Shown here in pieces: positions 26,567-37,260 of a stretch of DNA of 64,000 bases (positions are counted from its first letter, which is position 1; each line of letters opens with the position of its first letter). The notes beneath the pieces are model-generated. The model had not been told where the DNA came from, did no database searches, and was given only the letters and a program-made list of their open reading frames with translations. The stretch comes from an uncultured virus (IMG/VR IMGVR_UViG_3300044679_000029) (Duplodnaviria; Heunggongvirae; Uroviricota; Caudoviricetes). Location: positions 32,001 to 96,000 of IMG/VR virus record IMGVR_UViG_3300044679_000029; one strand, 5' to 3'. Position numbers and translations under genes: made by a program.

Positions 26567-28048
26567 ATGGCAGACGAAAAGACAGATATTGTTGTAGCAC
26601 CGCCACAAGAAGAGACTAAGATCGACCATGGGGATATGCCAACCATCCATGATATTCTTGGATATCTCATTATGACCCGCGGAAACGAGTCTTTCTACGC
26701 AAATATGCTCAGCCGATTGAAGATTCGCGAAGAGCGACAAATCCCTTCGATCATGGGTGTTTCGTGGGAGGGTAATGGATACTGCCTTCTGTATAATCCA
26801 GACTATCAGGCTACCGAAGTTATGACTATGCAGCCGGGTGAGCGCCTGACTTATCTGAAGAGTGTAGTCGCGCACGAAGCCATGCATATTCTGCTGAACC
26901 ACATTCCTCGTATGGCTCGGATGGCATCGATTTTGCCGACAGCCAAGTCACGTACATTGTTTGCGCCAACCGTTCCTGATCGTAGTGGAAAACCGACGTA
27001 TACGATTCAGAACATTGCAACGGACGCAGCGGTCAATGAAAATCTTGCTCCGTCTTTCCCGAACATTGGAAATAGTAAACAGGGCTGGGTTCTTCCTGGA
27101 ACTATTGGTGCGCCTGAGAAGTGCACCGCTGAACAATATGCCGAACTTCTTTTGTCTAAGACTCCGTCGATGACTACGCAGCAGCTTGCGCAGATGATTC
27201 AGGACGCTCTGGAACGAAAGAAAAATAAGGCCAACGGGCAGGGTAAGGGGCAGCAGGGTAAGGGTGATAAGCAAGGGCCGCCACAGAACGGTAAGGGCCA
27301 GCAGGGTGGAAATGGTCAGGGCGGCTTCGACGTATCTCACGAAGGAGCGCACGACGATTGGGCGTCAAAGCTCGATGAAATGACTCCTGAAGAGCTAGAG
27401 AATATGGCCCAGACTCTCGAACAAGAGTCGCAGCGTCTTGTTAACGAGGTTGCTCGTACGTGCGGCAATATTCCTGGGGAGATTCAGGAAATCTTGTCGC
27501 GGCTCGAAAAGGCCGGAGAAGTTCCGTGGCACCGGCTGCTCAAAAATCAGATCGTCAATAAGATCCAGTCCAAGAAGAAGCGCAGTCTACAACGTAGTAA
27601 CCGCCGCAGTGGCAGTGGCGGAGGTTGTCTATACCCCGGGCGAGTTCCTGAGTTTAACTTCAGGATCAAGTGGGGCGTAGATGAATCTGGCTCAATGTCC
27701 GATACTGCTTTGGCAGCCGGTCTTGTCGAAATGCAGAATTTGATTCGACAATTTCCTGGTGTTGAAGTCGAGGTCGTTGAGTTTGACTGTAAGATTGATC
27801 GTATTTATACGGTCAATAAGAAGTCTGAAATTAAGTATGACGCGATGGGTAGAGGTGGAACTAGCTTCGACCCGTTCTTTGAGTATGTTGCCGAAAAAGG
27901 CGGTGCCGATTTCGTTGTCATATTCACTGATGGTTTTGCACCTGCGCCACAAACTCGCCCAAAAGTCCCGCTGATTTGGTGTCTCACAGCCAATGGGGAA
28001 TGTCCCTGCCCAGAGTACGGGAAGCAAATTCGTATCAGCGAGGGTTAA
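26567..28048 (+). CDS. HExxH metallopeptidase-like plus VWA domain protein (DUF2201-like)
   Basis: AHEAMHI, NIATDAAVN, Q/G linker, VDESGSM, GRGGTSF, FTDG. Confidence 0.85.
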   Translation: MADEKTDIVVAPPQEETKIDHGDMPTIHDILGYLIMTRGNESFYANMLSRLKIREERQIPSIMGVSWEGNGYCLLYNPDYQATEVMTMQPGERLTYLKSVVAHEAMHILLNHIPRMARMASILPTAKSRTLFAPTVPDRSGKPTYTIQNIATDAAVNENLAPSFPNIGNSKQGWVLPGTIGAPEKCTAEQYAELLLSKTPSMTTQQLAQMIQDALERKKNKANGQGKGQQGKGDKQGPPQNGKGQQGGNGQGGFDVSHEGAHDDWASKLDEMTPEELENMAQTLEQESQRLVNEVARTCGNIPGEIQEILSRLEKAGEVPWHRLLKNQIVNKIQSKKKRSLQRSNRRSGSGGGCLYPGRVPEFNFRIKWGVDESGSMSDTALAAGLVEMQNLIRQFPGVEVEVVEFDCKIDRIYTVNKKSEIKYDAMGRGGTSFDPFFEYVAEKGGADFVVIFTDGFAPAPQTRPKVPLIWCLTANGECPCPEYGKQIRISEG

Positions 28049-28060
28049 TAAAACCAGATG

Positions 28061-28097
28061 AAAGCTGGCGGTGGTAATAATACTGCCGCCAGCTTTT
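28061..28097 (+). terminator. intrinsic terminator
   Basis: AAAGCTGGCGGTGGTA-ATAA-TACTGCCGCCAGCTTTT. Confidence 0.7.
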
Positions 28098-28405
28098 CGT
28101 CTACAACTAGCGAGGTACATTTCATCGTGAGTGGAGAAATCCACAATCATAGTAGCATTACTGTAACAACGAATATCCCTAAGCCGATGTATAATCGATT
28201 TCGCGTCTTAGTATTCAAGGCAAAAGTAGAAGGCTGGAAGTCTGTTTATGGGCTACCAGCAGAAGCAGTTTCTGATACTCAAAAGTATGAGTATGTTCAT
28301 AAGAAGCTCTGCTTTTATCAAAAGCTCAACCCAGAATCTAGAAAGATTGCCAGGATGCTGGCTAAGGTTGAAGCGACTAAGCCCAACGAGGGCTAAAAAG
28401 CTAAA

Positions 28406-28437
28406 AAGCCCGGAGACCTTAAATGGTCTCTGGGCTT
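28406..28437. terminator. hairpin terminator between convergent genes
   Basis: AAGCCCGGAGACC-TTAAAT-GGTCTCTGGGCTT with A-run on the left. Confidence 0.7.
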
Positions 28438-28465
28438 GGAAGCTTTCAGGATTAATTTTTTTAGA

Positions 28466-29425
28466 TTAACTTAGGGTAGTACCAACATTGGTTACTAGAC
28501 CCCAAACCAGTCCGCTGGACTTACTAATTGCCTCTAGAACAACAAACTGTCCGACAGCAGTGAAATCGATATGAGTATGTGCGTTATCGAACTCTGCGGC
28601 GACAGTAACAGTCCGAGTTCCAGAGCCAACTGTATTTGCGCTAATAATCATCTTCTGACCGATAAACGTGGGAATCGCCAGAGTATTAGTTTCTGGTCCT
28701 GCGGAACCGATTGTGAGAGCAACGTTAGCAGAACGAGTTACACCGATTGCTGCGCCAGTCCCTGGGTCTGCGAGTGTTAGCGGGATATAGTGCTTAAGAG
28801 CGTCAATGCCAGCCTGAACTGTGGACGGGCTGCCGACCGAGGCAACGAAGGTGGTGTCGTTATATGTGGTGCCTGCAGCAGAAGCAGAGGTAGCGGTCTG
28901 AGTAAAAGTTAGATTGGTAGTACCAACCACAATCGGATTCTTTGTGGTTAGAAGCCACTGAGTTCCAGCATACGTAGTGCCTTCCATAACAGTTACAGTC
29001 TCACCTGCAGATACTGAACTCTCACCGTTAGGACCGACAAGTCGTGTCCAGGTTCCGGTCGAGGCGACGTAAAGACCATTGGCTGGAGCGGAAGCCTGAT
29101 CTGTTAGAAGAACGATATCACCAGCCGCGATAGCACCAGTATCGACGGCGGAAAGCCCGTTGGTAGCAAGATTGATTGCGGCGGCGGCTACATACCTGGC
29201 TACGTAAGCGGTACCTGAGCTGGTAAAGTAGTCGATCGTGCCGGCAGCGGCTAGAGCATCTAGACCGCCCTGCATATTAGCGAAAGTCGCCTCTGTGAGT
29301 GGTGTAGAAACAGTAGTACTAGCGGGAACAGTAATTACTGTCGCTGTCTGGTCATACCCGGTCGGGTCCGATACGACAACTTCCGATGTCGCTAGGTTCT
29401 TAATAAATAAGGTAGTAGTGGACAT
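28466..29425 (-). CDS. virion decoration/fibre protein
   Basis: VLLTDQ...ANGLYV....WTR motif of phage fibre proteins; Thr/Ala-rich; GGAGG RBS. Confidence 0.7.
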   Translation of the reverse strand: MSTTTLFIKNLATSEVVVSDPTGYDQTATVITVPASTTVSTPLTEATFANMQGGLDALAAAGTIDYFTSSGTAYVARYVAAAAINLATNGLSAVDTGAIAAGDIVLLTDQASAPANGLYVASTGTWTRLVGPNGESSVSAGETVTVMEGTTYAGTQWLLTTKNPIVVGTTNLTFTQTATSASAAGTTYNDTTFVASVGSPSTVQAGIDALKHYIPLTLADPGTGAAIGVTRSANVALTIGSAGPETNTLAIPTFIGQKMIISANTVGSGTRTVTVAAEFDNAHTHIDFTAVGQFVVLEAISKSSGLVWGLVTNVGTTLS

Positions 29426-29494
29426 AAGGCGTGCTCCTCCAAAAGACTTTGTACATTAAATTTAGGATAGGCTGGTTTCTTAGCCAACTACCTT

Positions 29495-30619
29495 TTAACT
29501 AAGGCTAGCTGCTGGATTACCAGGATCAAAATCTGGGCAAACTGCTACTACAGCCGCTAACGCCGAGTTAGCCATATTTTGAGCTGCTATAAGATTCTGG
29601 GCTGTTATAGCGGCATTAGCAGCGGCCGAGTTAAAACTATTGGTCGTAGACTGTACAGCAGACTGGGCTGCCTGGATAGCCGTTGTTACGGCCGTGGTAG
29701 CTGGAATGAACGGCGTAGCCGGAAAAGCAGCGTCTAATACTTTATAGAGATTTACAATCGTTGTCGACCCGCCTGCGGGCTGAAAAATCTGCAATGCATT
29801 AGAAAGATCAGTCTGTGCCGGAGACGTAGGAAAATTCGGTAAATCCTGTATGACACTATACATAAACGTTGCTAATTGACTAAATAAATCAGTACCTACG
29901 CGCGTAGATACCGTAACAGGAAATCCGGCCGGTGGCGTGCCCAGGTCGGCTAACGCAGCTGTTATCTGTGTCTCTAGTTCTTCCTGGTTATCTAGGAGTG
30001 CGGTCGCTGCTGCGGACAATGGTGCAACGACATTCGTATTTATATTCGTTACTACACTAAGTAAATTCTGTGCATTAGTTAAATTAGATTGACTTTGTGC
30101 CAAGGTAGCCGCCGCAGTCGTAGCAGACGTCTGTGCTGTAACTACACTATTCTGAGCAGTTTGCCAAGTAGTAATAAGACCAGATAAGATCGACGGGTCA
30201 GATGTTGGATAGTAAACTGTAGAGGGTGTAAGAGTCTGAAACGAAGTAGAGAATGCCTCATAAGCGTTGACTAACGCATCAATATTATTGTTTAAGCTAG
30301 TCTGTCCAGCCGTAGCAGTATTTACGTCGTTAAACGTAATAGTCATCTGTGGCGTACGATAATACGTTTGTCCTGCCGCTATAGCGTTCCAGCGGCTTAG
30401 ACCGTATCCGCCACTAGTAATGGCACCGTAATCTGATAGCGTTGCGACTCGTGTAAACGTATCTGTTGTTGGGTCAGCATTAGCACCGATCTGATACAGA
30501 AAAAATCCGTTATCCGGAAGTGTTCCGGCGTTAGTAACGACCGCCACTATTTGAAGCAGTGTTCCATTTACGCCGGCTATAGCCGTTCTAGTTTGTGATA
30601 CTGTAGCAGAGCTTGACAT
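29495..30619 (-). CDS. virion structural protein
   Basis: Ala/Thr/Gln-rich with coiled coil; in late block. Confidence 0.6.
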   Translation of the reverse strand: MSSSATVSQTRTAIAGVNGTLLQIVAVVTNAGTLPDNGFFLYQIGANADPTTDTFTRVATLSDYGAITSGGYGLSRWNAIAAGQTYYRTPQMTITFNDVNTATAGQTSLNNNIDALVNAYEAFSTSFQTLTPSTVYYPTSDPSILSGLITTWQTAQNSVVTAQTSATTAAATLAQSQSNLTNAQNLLSVVTNINTNVVAPLSAAATALLDNQEELETQITAALADLGTPPAGFPVTVSTRVGTDLFSQLATFMYSVIQDLPNFPTSPAQTDLSNALQIFQPAGGSTTIVNLYKVLDAAFPATPFIPATTAVTTAIQAAQSAVQSTTNSFNSAAANAAITAQNLIAAQNMANSALAAVVAVCPDFDPGNPAASLS

Positions 30620-30621
30620 GA

Positions 30622-30975
30622 TTAACCTGAATACGTGTTTGTTAGGGTGCCGGGGAATGTACCGGCAGCTTCGGTATATAAGTCTACAAGGCTTGCTACC
30701 CGCTGCTGCATGGCTGTGATATTATTTTCTGCGTCTTGAAGATTAGAGAATACTTGGGTTACTGTGGATAGGCGATAATAACCTTGCCCTGGTGTTGGGG
30801 ATGTTGGAAAATTATTTACATCGAATAAAGTTGAAACATGCCAGAACTTATTCGTGGTGTAATCAAACGTAAAGATCTGGGGCGGCATAGAACTATCTGG
30901 TGACGTAGCTGTACTAACTGTTTGATAGCCGCCAGCAATTATCGTATTTACTTGGACTAAAGTAATTTCAGCCAT
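30622..30975 (-). CDS. virion structural protein
   Basis: Shares the ...YYR...T..F motif with the N-terminus of 29495-30619. Confidence 0.6.
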   Translation of the reverse strand: MAEITLVQVNTIIAGGYQTVSTATSPDSSMPPQIFTFDYTTNKFWHVSTLFDVNNFPTSPTPGQGYYRLSTVTQVFSNLQDAENNITAMQQRVASLVDLYTEAAGTFPGTLTNTYSG

Positions 30976-30977
30976 GA

Positions 30978-32099
30978 TTAACTTCCAGAGAGATTATAGC
31001 CAGTGACGCCTAGAAGACTGCCGCCGCCCACGAGCAAAGATTGTGATTCCTGATTGAGTAGCGAACTAACTAGAGACTGGACAGATATAGAGTGTGCTAA
31101 AGCCGAATTAGCGGAACTGTAGTAGCTACAGAAATTCGAGTCTAAGAATATAGTACTGTTGCCATAGTCGCTGCGGGTGATAACAGCGTCAGTAATCGTA
31201 TTAACGCCACCATTCCAGGTTAACTTTGAACCAGTAGCATCCGGGCTTGACCAAACACTAATATCGGTTGGAAATGGGGAAGACGAAGTTATGAACGGAA
31301 TTGAGCTAGATAGGGTTGTTGAGGCTGAAGCGGTGCCTTGAGCAGATAAGTTCATTCCTGATACTGAAGTTGGGGGTGGAATATTTAGAATACAAGATGG
31401 AAAAAAGCTCGCCCCAACACGGCCGCCAACAGGCCCAAATTGCGGTATGATTTGGGTAGCCGGGCTATAGGATAATACATTGAATGTATCCTGATACGAA
31501 ATTATACCGGTCGTCCGTGGCGCTAGTGTTCCCTGATACGCGTAGGGCAGATCTGATGGAGTCCCGATCGAATACGTTACTGTTTGTCCGGTTTCAGTTG
31601 GACCGAGAGGAAAGTAGTTTGGGGGTGCTAGATTAATAGCATTGGCAAGCGATAGCGAATTTGTCGCGATAGGAATTAGTAGTGGACTACCAGAATTGTA
31701 TGTTCCGTAGCCACCAGTAATTTTAATAAACGCGTTAGTGGGTATAACGAGACTATTTAATGCACCAGCCTGATCAGTAAATTTTGTGGCGTTTAATATT
31801 GAATTCCATGTCGCTGGGTATGTATTAAACTTTATGGATGCTGGTGTTAAACTTGCGGCATACAAATATTGCCACGCTGAAGACGCCATTGCGTTTAGAG
31901 GATTAGGATTTAGAACATTTAAGTCGTTAGGAGAAGCTATTCGGAGTAGAACTTCTATTGGTCCGTCTACACTTCCAGTCCTTAGAATAACGAAGCTATT
32001 GGCTAAAATAGACGGCGAAGCTATAGGAAGCCAGTCGACAGCAAGTGTCGCTGAATTACTAGTATTCTCTCTGTCCTGAATTAAGGTGGCCGTTGCCAT
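30978..32099 (-). CDS. virion structural protein
   Basis: Ser/Thr/Pro-rich; AAGGA RBS. Confidence 0.6.
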   Translation of the reverse strand: MATATLIQDRENTSNSATLAVDWLPIASPSILANSFVILRTGSVDGPIEVLLRIASPNDLNVLNPNPLNAMASSAWQYLYAASLTPASIKFNTYPATWNSILNATKFTDQAGALNSLVIPTNAFIKITGGYGTYNSGSPLLIPIATNSLSLANAINLAPPNYFPLGPTETGQTVTYSIGTPSDLPYAYQGTLAPRTTGIISYQDTFNVLSYSPATQIIPQFGPVGGRVGASFFPSCILNIPPPTSVSGMNLSAQGTASASTTLSSSIPFITSSSPFPTDISVWSSPDATGSKLTWNGGVNTITDAVITRSDYGNSTIFLDSNFCSYYSSANSALAHSISVQSLVSSLLNQESQSLLVGGGSLLGVTGYNLSGS

Positions 32100-32674
32100 T
32101 CGTTTTCCTTATACTAATAATAGCTGTGTGCCCTATCCCTCAAAAATCAGTTTATCTTGGTGTAGACCAGAGTCTTAGGTCTACTGGTGTATTCTGGCTA
32201 GGAGAAGGTATAACTGGTTGGTCTAAGATTGAGACAAAGAAGTTGCGTGGTATAGAACGGTTAAAATACATCAAAGATGTACTACTTAAAATTATAACAA
32301 ATGACTTGGATGGCTATATAGTTCAACGAGTTTGTATCGAAGGTTACGCCTATGGCATCCGAGGTGGCCGGGTTTTTGAGTTAGGAGAATTGGGGGGCGT
32401 ACTGAAAATCGCCTTGACAGAGGTATGTTGTAACTCTATAACAGCGGTACCACCTACTTCGCTAAAGAAGTTTACTGGTTTTGGTGGCGCTGAAAAGGAA
32501 GATGTCGTAAAATTTATCAATAAGGAATTAGGTTTGAGCTTTACTATAAAAGATAACGATATTTGCGATGCTGCTGTTTTATCAATGATTGCAAGAGAAT
32601 TAGACGAGACGACTACGAAGTTACGCCATCAGTTAGAAGTCCTTAAGACTATCAAAGATTCAGCCGAGGGATAA
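32093..32674 (+). CDS. RuvC-like Holliday junction resolvase (true start probably downstream)
   Basis: YLGVDQSLRSTG, IEGYAYG, LGELGGVLK, VPPTSLKKF, NDICDA. Confidence 0.85.
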   Translation: MPFVFLILIIAVCPIPQKSVYLGVDQSLRSTGVFWLGEGITGWSKIETKKLRGIERLKYIKDVLLKIITNDLDGYIVQRVCIEGYAYGIRGGRVFELGELGGVLKIALTEVCCNSITAVPPTSLKKFTGFGGAEKEDVVKFINKELGLSFTIKDNDICDAAVLSMIARELDETTTKLRHQLEVLKTIKDSAEG

Positions 32675-32681
32675 CCGTTAC

Positions 32682-32780
32682 ATGACTAAGTTTAGATTTT
32701 GCTCCGTTCACGGATGCAGAGTGATACATTACGCCAAAGACTTGTGTTATAAAGCAAAATATCTAAGGACCGGTCTATAA
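32682..32780 (+). pseudogene. HNH-associated Zn-finger remnant
   Basis: CSVHGC...YAKDLC; 32 aa directly before RNR. Confidence 0.45.
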
Positions 32781-35714
32781 ATGCAAAACATAATGAGCGC
32801 GGCTCAGGAATTTGTATTCACTAGAACATACGCCAGGTGGATTGAAGATAAGAAGCGCCGAGAAACATGGTCTGAAGCGGTAGACAGATATTTCAGTTTT
32901 ATGCAGAAGCACTTTTATGATAAGGTGCCAACAAAAGTTTGGACTAAAACAAAAGAATTAGTCCTGTCGATGGACGTCATGCCCAGCATGCGCGCTTTAG
33001 CCGCTGCTGGACCAGCCCTAGAAAAAAATAATCTTGTTGGCTACAACTGCACAGCCATGGCCTTTAAAGATTTACAGTCTCCGGTCGAGCTTTTTTTTAT
33101 ATTAATGTGTGGCTGCGGTGCGGGATTTAGTGTTGAGGAAGAATTTATTTCACAGATGCCGTCTGTAGCAAAATTCACTGGTTATCATCGGGGGACGCAC
33201 GTCGTAGGCGATAGTCGTGAAGACTGGTGTTTAGCGCTTAAGGCCGGTTTAGAAGTATGGTTTGCCGGTGAGGATATTGATTTCGATGTCTCACAAGTAA
33301 GGCCTAAAGGCTCTCGATTGATTACCATGGGTGGGAGGGCTAGCGGTCCTGAACCACTACAAAAACTACTGTCATTTGTACGAGATATTGTATTAAAGGC
33401 GCAGGGGCGAAAATTAACAAGCATTGAATGGCTAGACGTAGGAAACATGATTGGGCAGGCTGTTGTGGTCGGTGGAGTAAGACGTTCTAGTGAGATCTCC
33501 TTCTCTGACTTAAATGACGAAGCTATGCGTCATGCTAAAGATTTCCCTATTCCTCCACACCGCTATATGAGCAATAACAGCGCCGTGTATAAAACAAAAC
33601 CGGATATGATTACTTTTATTCGTGAGTGGGGAGCACTAGCTTCTAGTGGAAGTGGCGAACGTGGAATATGTAATATAGAGGCCGCTAAAAAAGCTAGCCC
33701 GCGCCGCAATCCGTCAGATGCGCTAAGATTTAACCCTTGTCAGCCCGCCGGCGCCTCGTTGCTAACTCCAGCCGGGATACGAACTATGGGGGAAATGCAA
33801 ATTGGCGATACGGTGTGGTCCGGTAAACGATGGACGAAAATAACTAATAAGGTTGCTACCGGTGTCAAACCCGTTTTTTCCTATCGCACGAAAGCTGGCG
33901 TTTTTGTGGGTACAGAAAACCACAGAGTGGTATCTGCTGGCATTAAAATAATGGCACAAGACGCAGAATCGATTGATATTGCTTGTGGCGAGCTATATAA
34001 AAAAATACTGCCGATCTGCCCAGCAGATGTGATGGACGGATTAGTTGTGGGCGACGGAACAGTACACAGAGCCTCAAACAATCTAGTGCTTCTACTAGTA
34101 GGTGCTAAAGACTTGTCGTGGCTTACAAGTGAGGTAAAAGATTTATTTAAAACTGCCAGGCCCGGCGTGGGGGCGTATGAATACGAAATTAACACGACAA
34201 TTACCGACACAGAACTGCCTAGAACTTATGACCAGCGTGTGCCTCCGCGATTTATTTATGGCAACTTAAATAAAGTATGTGGCTTTCTACGCGGGTTATA
34301 CTCTGCTAACGGATCTATATGCGGCGGCAGAGTTACTCTGAAAGCGTCAAGTCTACAAATAATAACTGACGTGCAATGTATGTTATCTGCGCTTGGCATT
34401 ACTTCGTACTATACAACTAACAAACCGCATAACGTAGAATTCGACAATGGCGTATATACGTGTAAACAAAGCTATGATCTAAATATCACAACTGACCGAC
34501 GAAAATTTAATGATCTTATAGGATTTATACAACCAGATAAACAAACTCGGCTAGACGACTGTTGTGAAATAATTCCGTCTGGCAAACGGAAAGAAACATA
34601 CGACATCGTTGATATCGTTGCTCTAGGAGAGGAACCGGTATTTGATATTACTGTTGATGACGACGAACATACATATTGGACTGGAGGTCTACTAGTTTCA
34701 AACTGCTCGGAGATTATTCTGCGAGCGGATAAAACGCAGGCGTGTAATCTATCCGAAGTAGTTGTTCGTGCTAGCGATAAAATGGATGATCTTACCGAAA
34801 AAGTTAAAGCCGCAACTTGGTTAGGTGCCATGCAGTCGTGTCTAACAAACTTCCCTTTCATGCGCCCAAGTTTTAAAGAGATGTGTGAAGAAGAAAGATT
34901 ATTGGGTGTTAGTCTAACTGGGCAAATGGATAACCCAAAAATGATGACAGCTGAGCGACTAGAAGATTTACGTAATCTAGCTATAAAAACGTGTAGAAAA
35001 GCTAGTAAGGCACTTGATATAAACATGTCCGTCGCTATAACCACAACTAAACCAAGCGGGACCGTATCACAACTAGTAAATTCTGCGTCCGGTGCTCATC
35101 CACGTTACGCGAAGTATTACATTAGACGCTATCGTATCAGTGGTACGGATCCATTGTTTAAAATGATGCAGGCTCAAGGTATTAAGTTTTCCCCCGAGAA
35201 CGGCGAGCGGCCGGAAGATCTTGAGCAGCGACGTAAAGATCTCATTTCTAAGGGACGAACTGTTGAAGAAGTGCGTGCATTAATCCCGGAATGGAATGCT
35301 GAATCTGTAATGACCTGGGTGGTCTCGTTTCCAGAAGCGGCGCCTAAAAACGCTATAACTAGAGAGCAAGTTACAGCAATAGACCAACTTGAGTGGTATC
35401 TTAAATTAAAGCAAAATTGGGTAGAACATAATTCTAGTATTACTGTTTATGTTCGTGATAATGAGTGGCTAAAAGTTGGCGCTTGGGTATATGACCATTT
35501 TGATGATATCGTAGGTGTTTCATTTCTTCCGTACGATGGTGGAAACTATTCACAAACGCCGTATGAGGAAATAGCCAAGGAACAATACGATAAAATGATC
35601 TCAGAGATGCCGAAGATAGATTACGCCAAATTGGCCGATTTTGAGGTAGAAGATAGTACTACGGGAATCGGCGCCATCGCTTCCTGTACTGGTACATCAT
35701 GTGAGCTGAAATAA
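32781..35714 (+). CDS. nrdJ: class II (B12-dependent) ribonucleotide reductase with intein
   Basis: RTYARW, PSMR, GYNC, LMCGCGAGFSV, ASGPEPL, VVVGGVRRS, NP/CSE, CNLSEV, KPSGTVSQL, C-terminal CTGTSCE. Confidence 0.93.
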   Translation: MQNIMSAAQEFVFTRTYARWIEDKKRRETWSEAVDRYFSFMQKHFYDKVPTKVWTKTKELVLSMDVMPSMRALAAAGPALEKNNLVGYNCTAMAFKDLQSPVELFFILMCGCGAGFSVEEEFISQMPSVAKFTGYHRGTHVVGDSREDWCLALKAGLEVWFAGEDIDFDVSQVRPKGSRLITMGGRASGPEPLQKLLSFVRDIVLKAQGRKLTSIEWLDVGNMIGQAVVVGGVRRSSEISFSDLNDEAMRHAKDFPIPPHRYMSNNSAVYKTKPDMITFIREWGALASSGSGERGICNIEAAKKASPRRNPSDALRFNPCQPAGASLLTPAGIRTMGEMQIGDTVWSGKRWTKITNKVATGVKPVFSYRTKAGVFVGTENHRVVSAGIKIMAQDAESIDIACGELYKKILPICPADVMDGLVVGDGTVHRASNNLVLLLVGAKDLSWLTSEVKDLFKTARPGVGAYEYEINTTITDTELPRTYDQRVPPRFIYGNLNKVCGFLRGLYSANGSICGGRVTLKASSLQIITDVQCMLSALGITSYYTTNKPHNVEFDNGVYTCKQSYDLNITTDRRKFNDLIGFIQPDKQTRLDDCCEIIPSGKRKETYDIVDIVALGEEPVFDITVDDDEHTYWTGGLLVSNCSEIILRADKTQACNLSEVVVRASDKMDDLTEKVKAATWLGAMQSCLTNFPFMRPSFKEMCEEERLLGVSLTGQMDNPKMMTAERLEDLRNLAIKTCRKASKALDINMSVAITTTKPSGTVSQLVNSASGAHPRYAKYYIRRYRISGTDPLFKMMQAQGIKFSPENGERPEDLEQRRKDLISKGRTVEEVRALIPEWNAESVMTWVVSFPEAAPKNAITREQVTAIDQLEWYLKLKQNWVEHNSSITVYVRDNEWLKVGAWVYDHFDDIVGVSFLPYDGGNYSQTPYEEIAKEQYDKMISEMPKIDYAKLADFEVEDSTTGIGAIASCTGTSCELK
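33738..34703 (+). mobile_element. intein with LAGLIDADG homing endonuclease (322 aa)
   Basis: Starts CQPAG after FNP, ends LLVSN before CSEI; TENH block B; GLVVGDG and FLRGLYSANGS motifs. Confidence 0.92.
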
Positions 35715-36179
35715 ATGCTCCTCCAACCAGTCCTAGCCCAGGACTTAGTCACATATTTTCAGACTCAGGAACAAACTGCTTTACAAGCAGCGCAAGCCTT
35801 CGCGAATGCGTATGTTAATAACTACGCAAACGCGATGACCTATATCGTTCCTGGGACACTAAATAGTCTAACTAGTATCATCACACAAATCATAGCAGCC
35901 GTACCACCATCACCGATACCCGGAACTTGGGCGTTAGCCGTTGACGCCGCGCTAGTAGCATTTTGGCCGGCAGTATCAGGTATAACTGTTCCGTCAGGAG
36001 TAATAACTCCTACAGCACCTGGAACAGGTGCGACACTGATACTCGGATCATTAACACCTGGGGCATTAGCGGGACTCCCGCCCACAGGACTAGCCCAACT
36101 TTTAGCAACTGCGTTAGACACATATACAAGAACATTCGTAATTTCATTTGACATTGGTGGTACTTCTCCATTAACATAG
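35715..36179 (+). CDS. hypothetical protein, probable virion component
   Basis: No Lys, one Arg; composition matches the tail block. Confidence 0.6.
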   Translation: MLLQPVLAQDLVTYFQTQEQTALQAAQAFANAYVNNYANAMTYIVPGTLNSLTSIITQIIAAVPPSPIPGTWALAVDAALVAFWPAVSGITVPSGVITPTAPGTGATLILGSLTPGALAGLPPTGLAQLLATALDTYTRTFVISFDIGGTSPLT

Positions 36180-36186
36180 GTAGACA

Positions 36187-37260
36187 ATGCGATTTAAGCC
36201 TACGTATCTGAACAAAACATATCTTGAAACAGCGCCACTATACCAATTCGTTGAAGAGTGCCAGGCAGTCGGTAAGACAGCTTACATAGTTAGAAAGTTT
36301 AACTGTATCGATAATAGCCAGTTGGGTAAATTCTCTACAGAACTAAAAGAGAAGTTTGGTGGCAAGACCATCATCGTTGAGTACACTGATGATGATCATG
36401 CTGGCGAGCATATTGAGATCGAAGACGGTTATGTCCATCTTGAGCCAAATTCACGCGAGACTGGTGACCCGAGCTGGATGGCTAGCACCGATAAAATTAA
36501 AGTAGAATGGTTCAGGAACCGGCTAAATGAGATTTCAGCCGAACCCGTAGAGGATAAGTCAAAGTTGTTTTGCCTCGTGAGCAATGGTCAAGGCTTGTAT
36601 CTACAGGACTTTAAACTGGACTCTCAGGCGCTAGTTCTGGACAACTATCATGAAAGTGTTTCTCCACAAGTTGATCATCTTTGTTCAGAAATAATTTCTA
36701 AGACTCCGTGCGGGAAGTTGACGATTATCAGCGGAGAACCAGGAACCGGGAAGACATTTCTTATTAAGGGAATTATTTCAAAGATCCCTGAGTGCGTCTT
36801 CGTATTTCTACCGGCTAGTAGCATCGAGAGCATCGCGTCACCACAAATAATTCCGGTGTTCTTCAACTCTGTCCTAAAGGACAAGACTACTGTTCTGATT
36901 CTTGAGGACGCGGATTCATGTTTAGAGAGACGAGACGGAAGTAACACATCACTGGTTAGTACTCTTCTTAACGCTACTGATGGTTTGCTTGGTGATATTC
37001 TTAATCTACGTATCATCGCGACAACGAACGTTCACAAGGCAGATATTGACCCGGCGGTTACTCGTGCTGGCCGTCTATGCCAGTTCATGAATGTCGGTAA
37101 GTTGTCGCCGGAACGCTGTGTTAAAGTGTTCAAGCGGCTGCAACCAGGTAAGCCGGTGCCTGCGTTTAACTCCCCGAAGGTGTTAGCGGAAATATATCGT
37201 GAAATTAAAGGCGCTCCGTCACTGGATCTGCCAGAAGAGGAAACACTAGGATTCAAATGA
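36187..37260 (+). CDS. AAA+ ATPase
   Basis: GEPGTGKT, LILEDAD, LLNATDG, ATTN, DPAVTRAGR. Confidence 0.9.
   Translation: MRFKPTYLNKTYLETAPLYQFVEECQAVGKTAYIVRKFNCIDNSQLGKFSTELKEKFGGKTIIVEYTDDDHAGEHIEIEDGYVHLEPNSRETGDPSWMASTDKIKVEWFRNRLNEISAEPVEDKSKLFCLVSNGQGLYLQDFKLDSQALVLDNYHESVSPQVDHLCSEIISKTPCGKLTIISGEPGTGKTFLIKGIISKIPECVFVFLPASSIESIASPQIIPVFFNSVLKDKTTVLILEDADSCLERRDGSNTSLVSTLLNATDGLLGDILNLRIIATTNVHKADIDPAVTRAGRLCQFMNVGKLSPERCVKVFKRLQPGKPVPAFNSPKVLAEIYREIKGAPSLDLPEEETLGFK

Noticed and set aside
28058-28186. Start of the 112-aa ORF at 28058
   Set aside because: This part overlaps a clear terminator hairpin; any real gene starts further downstream.
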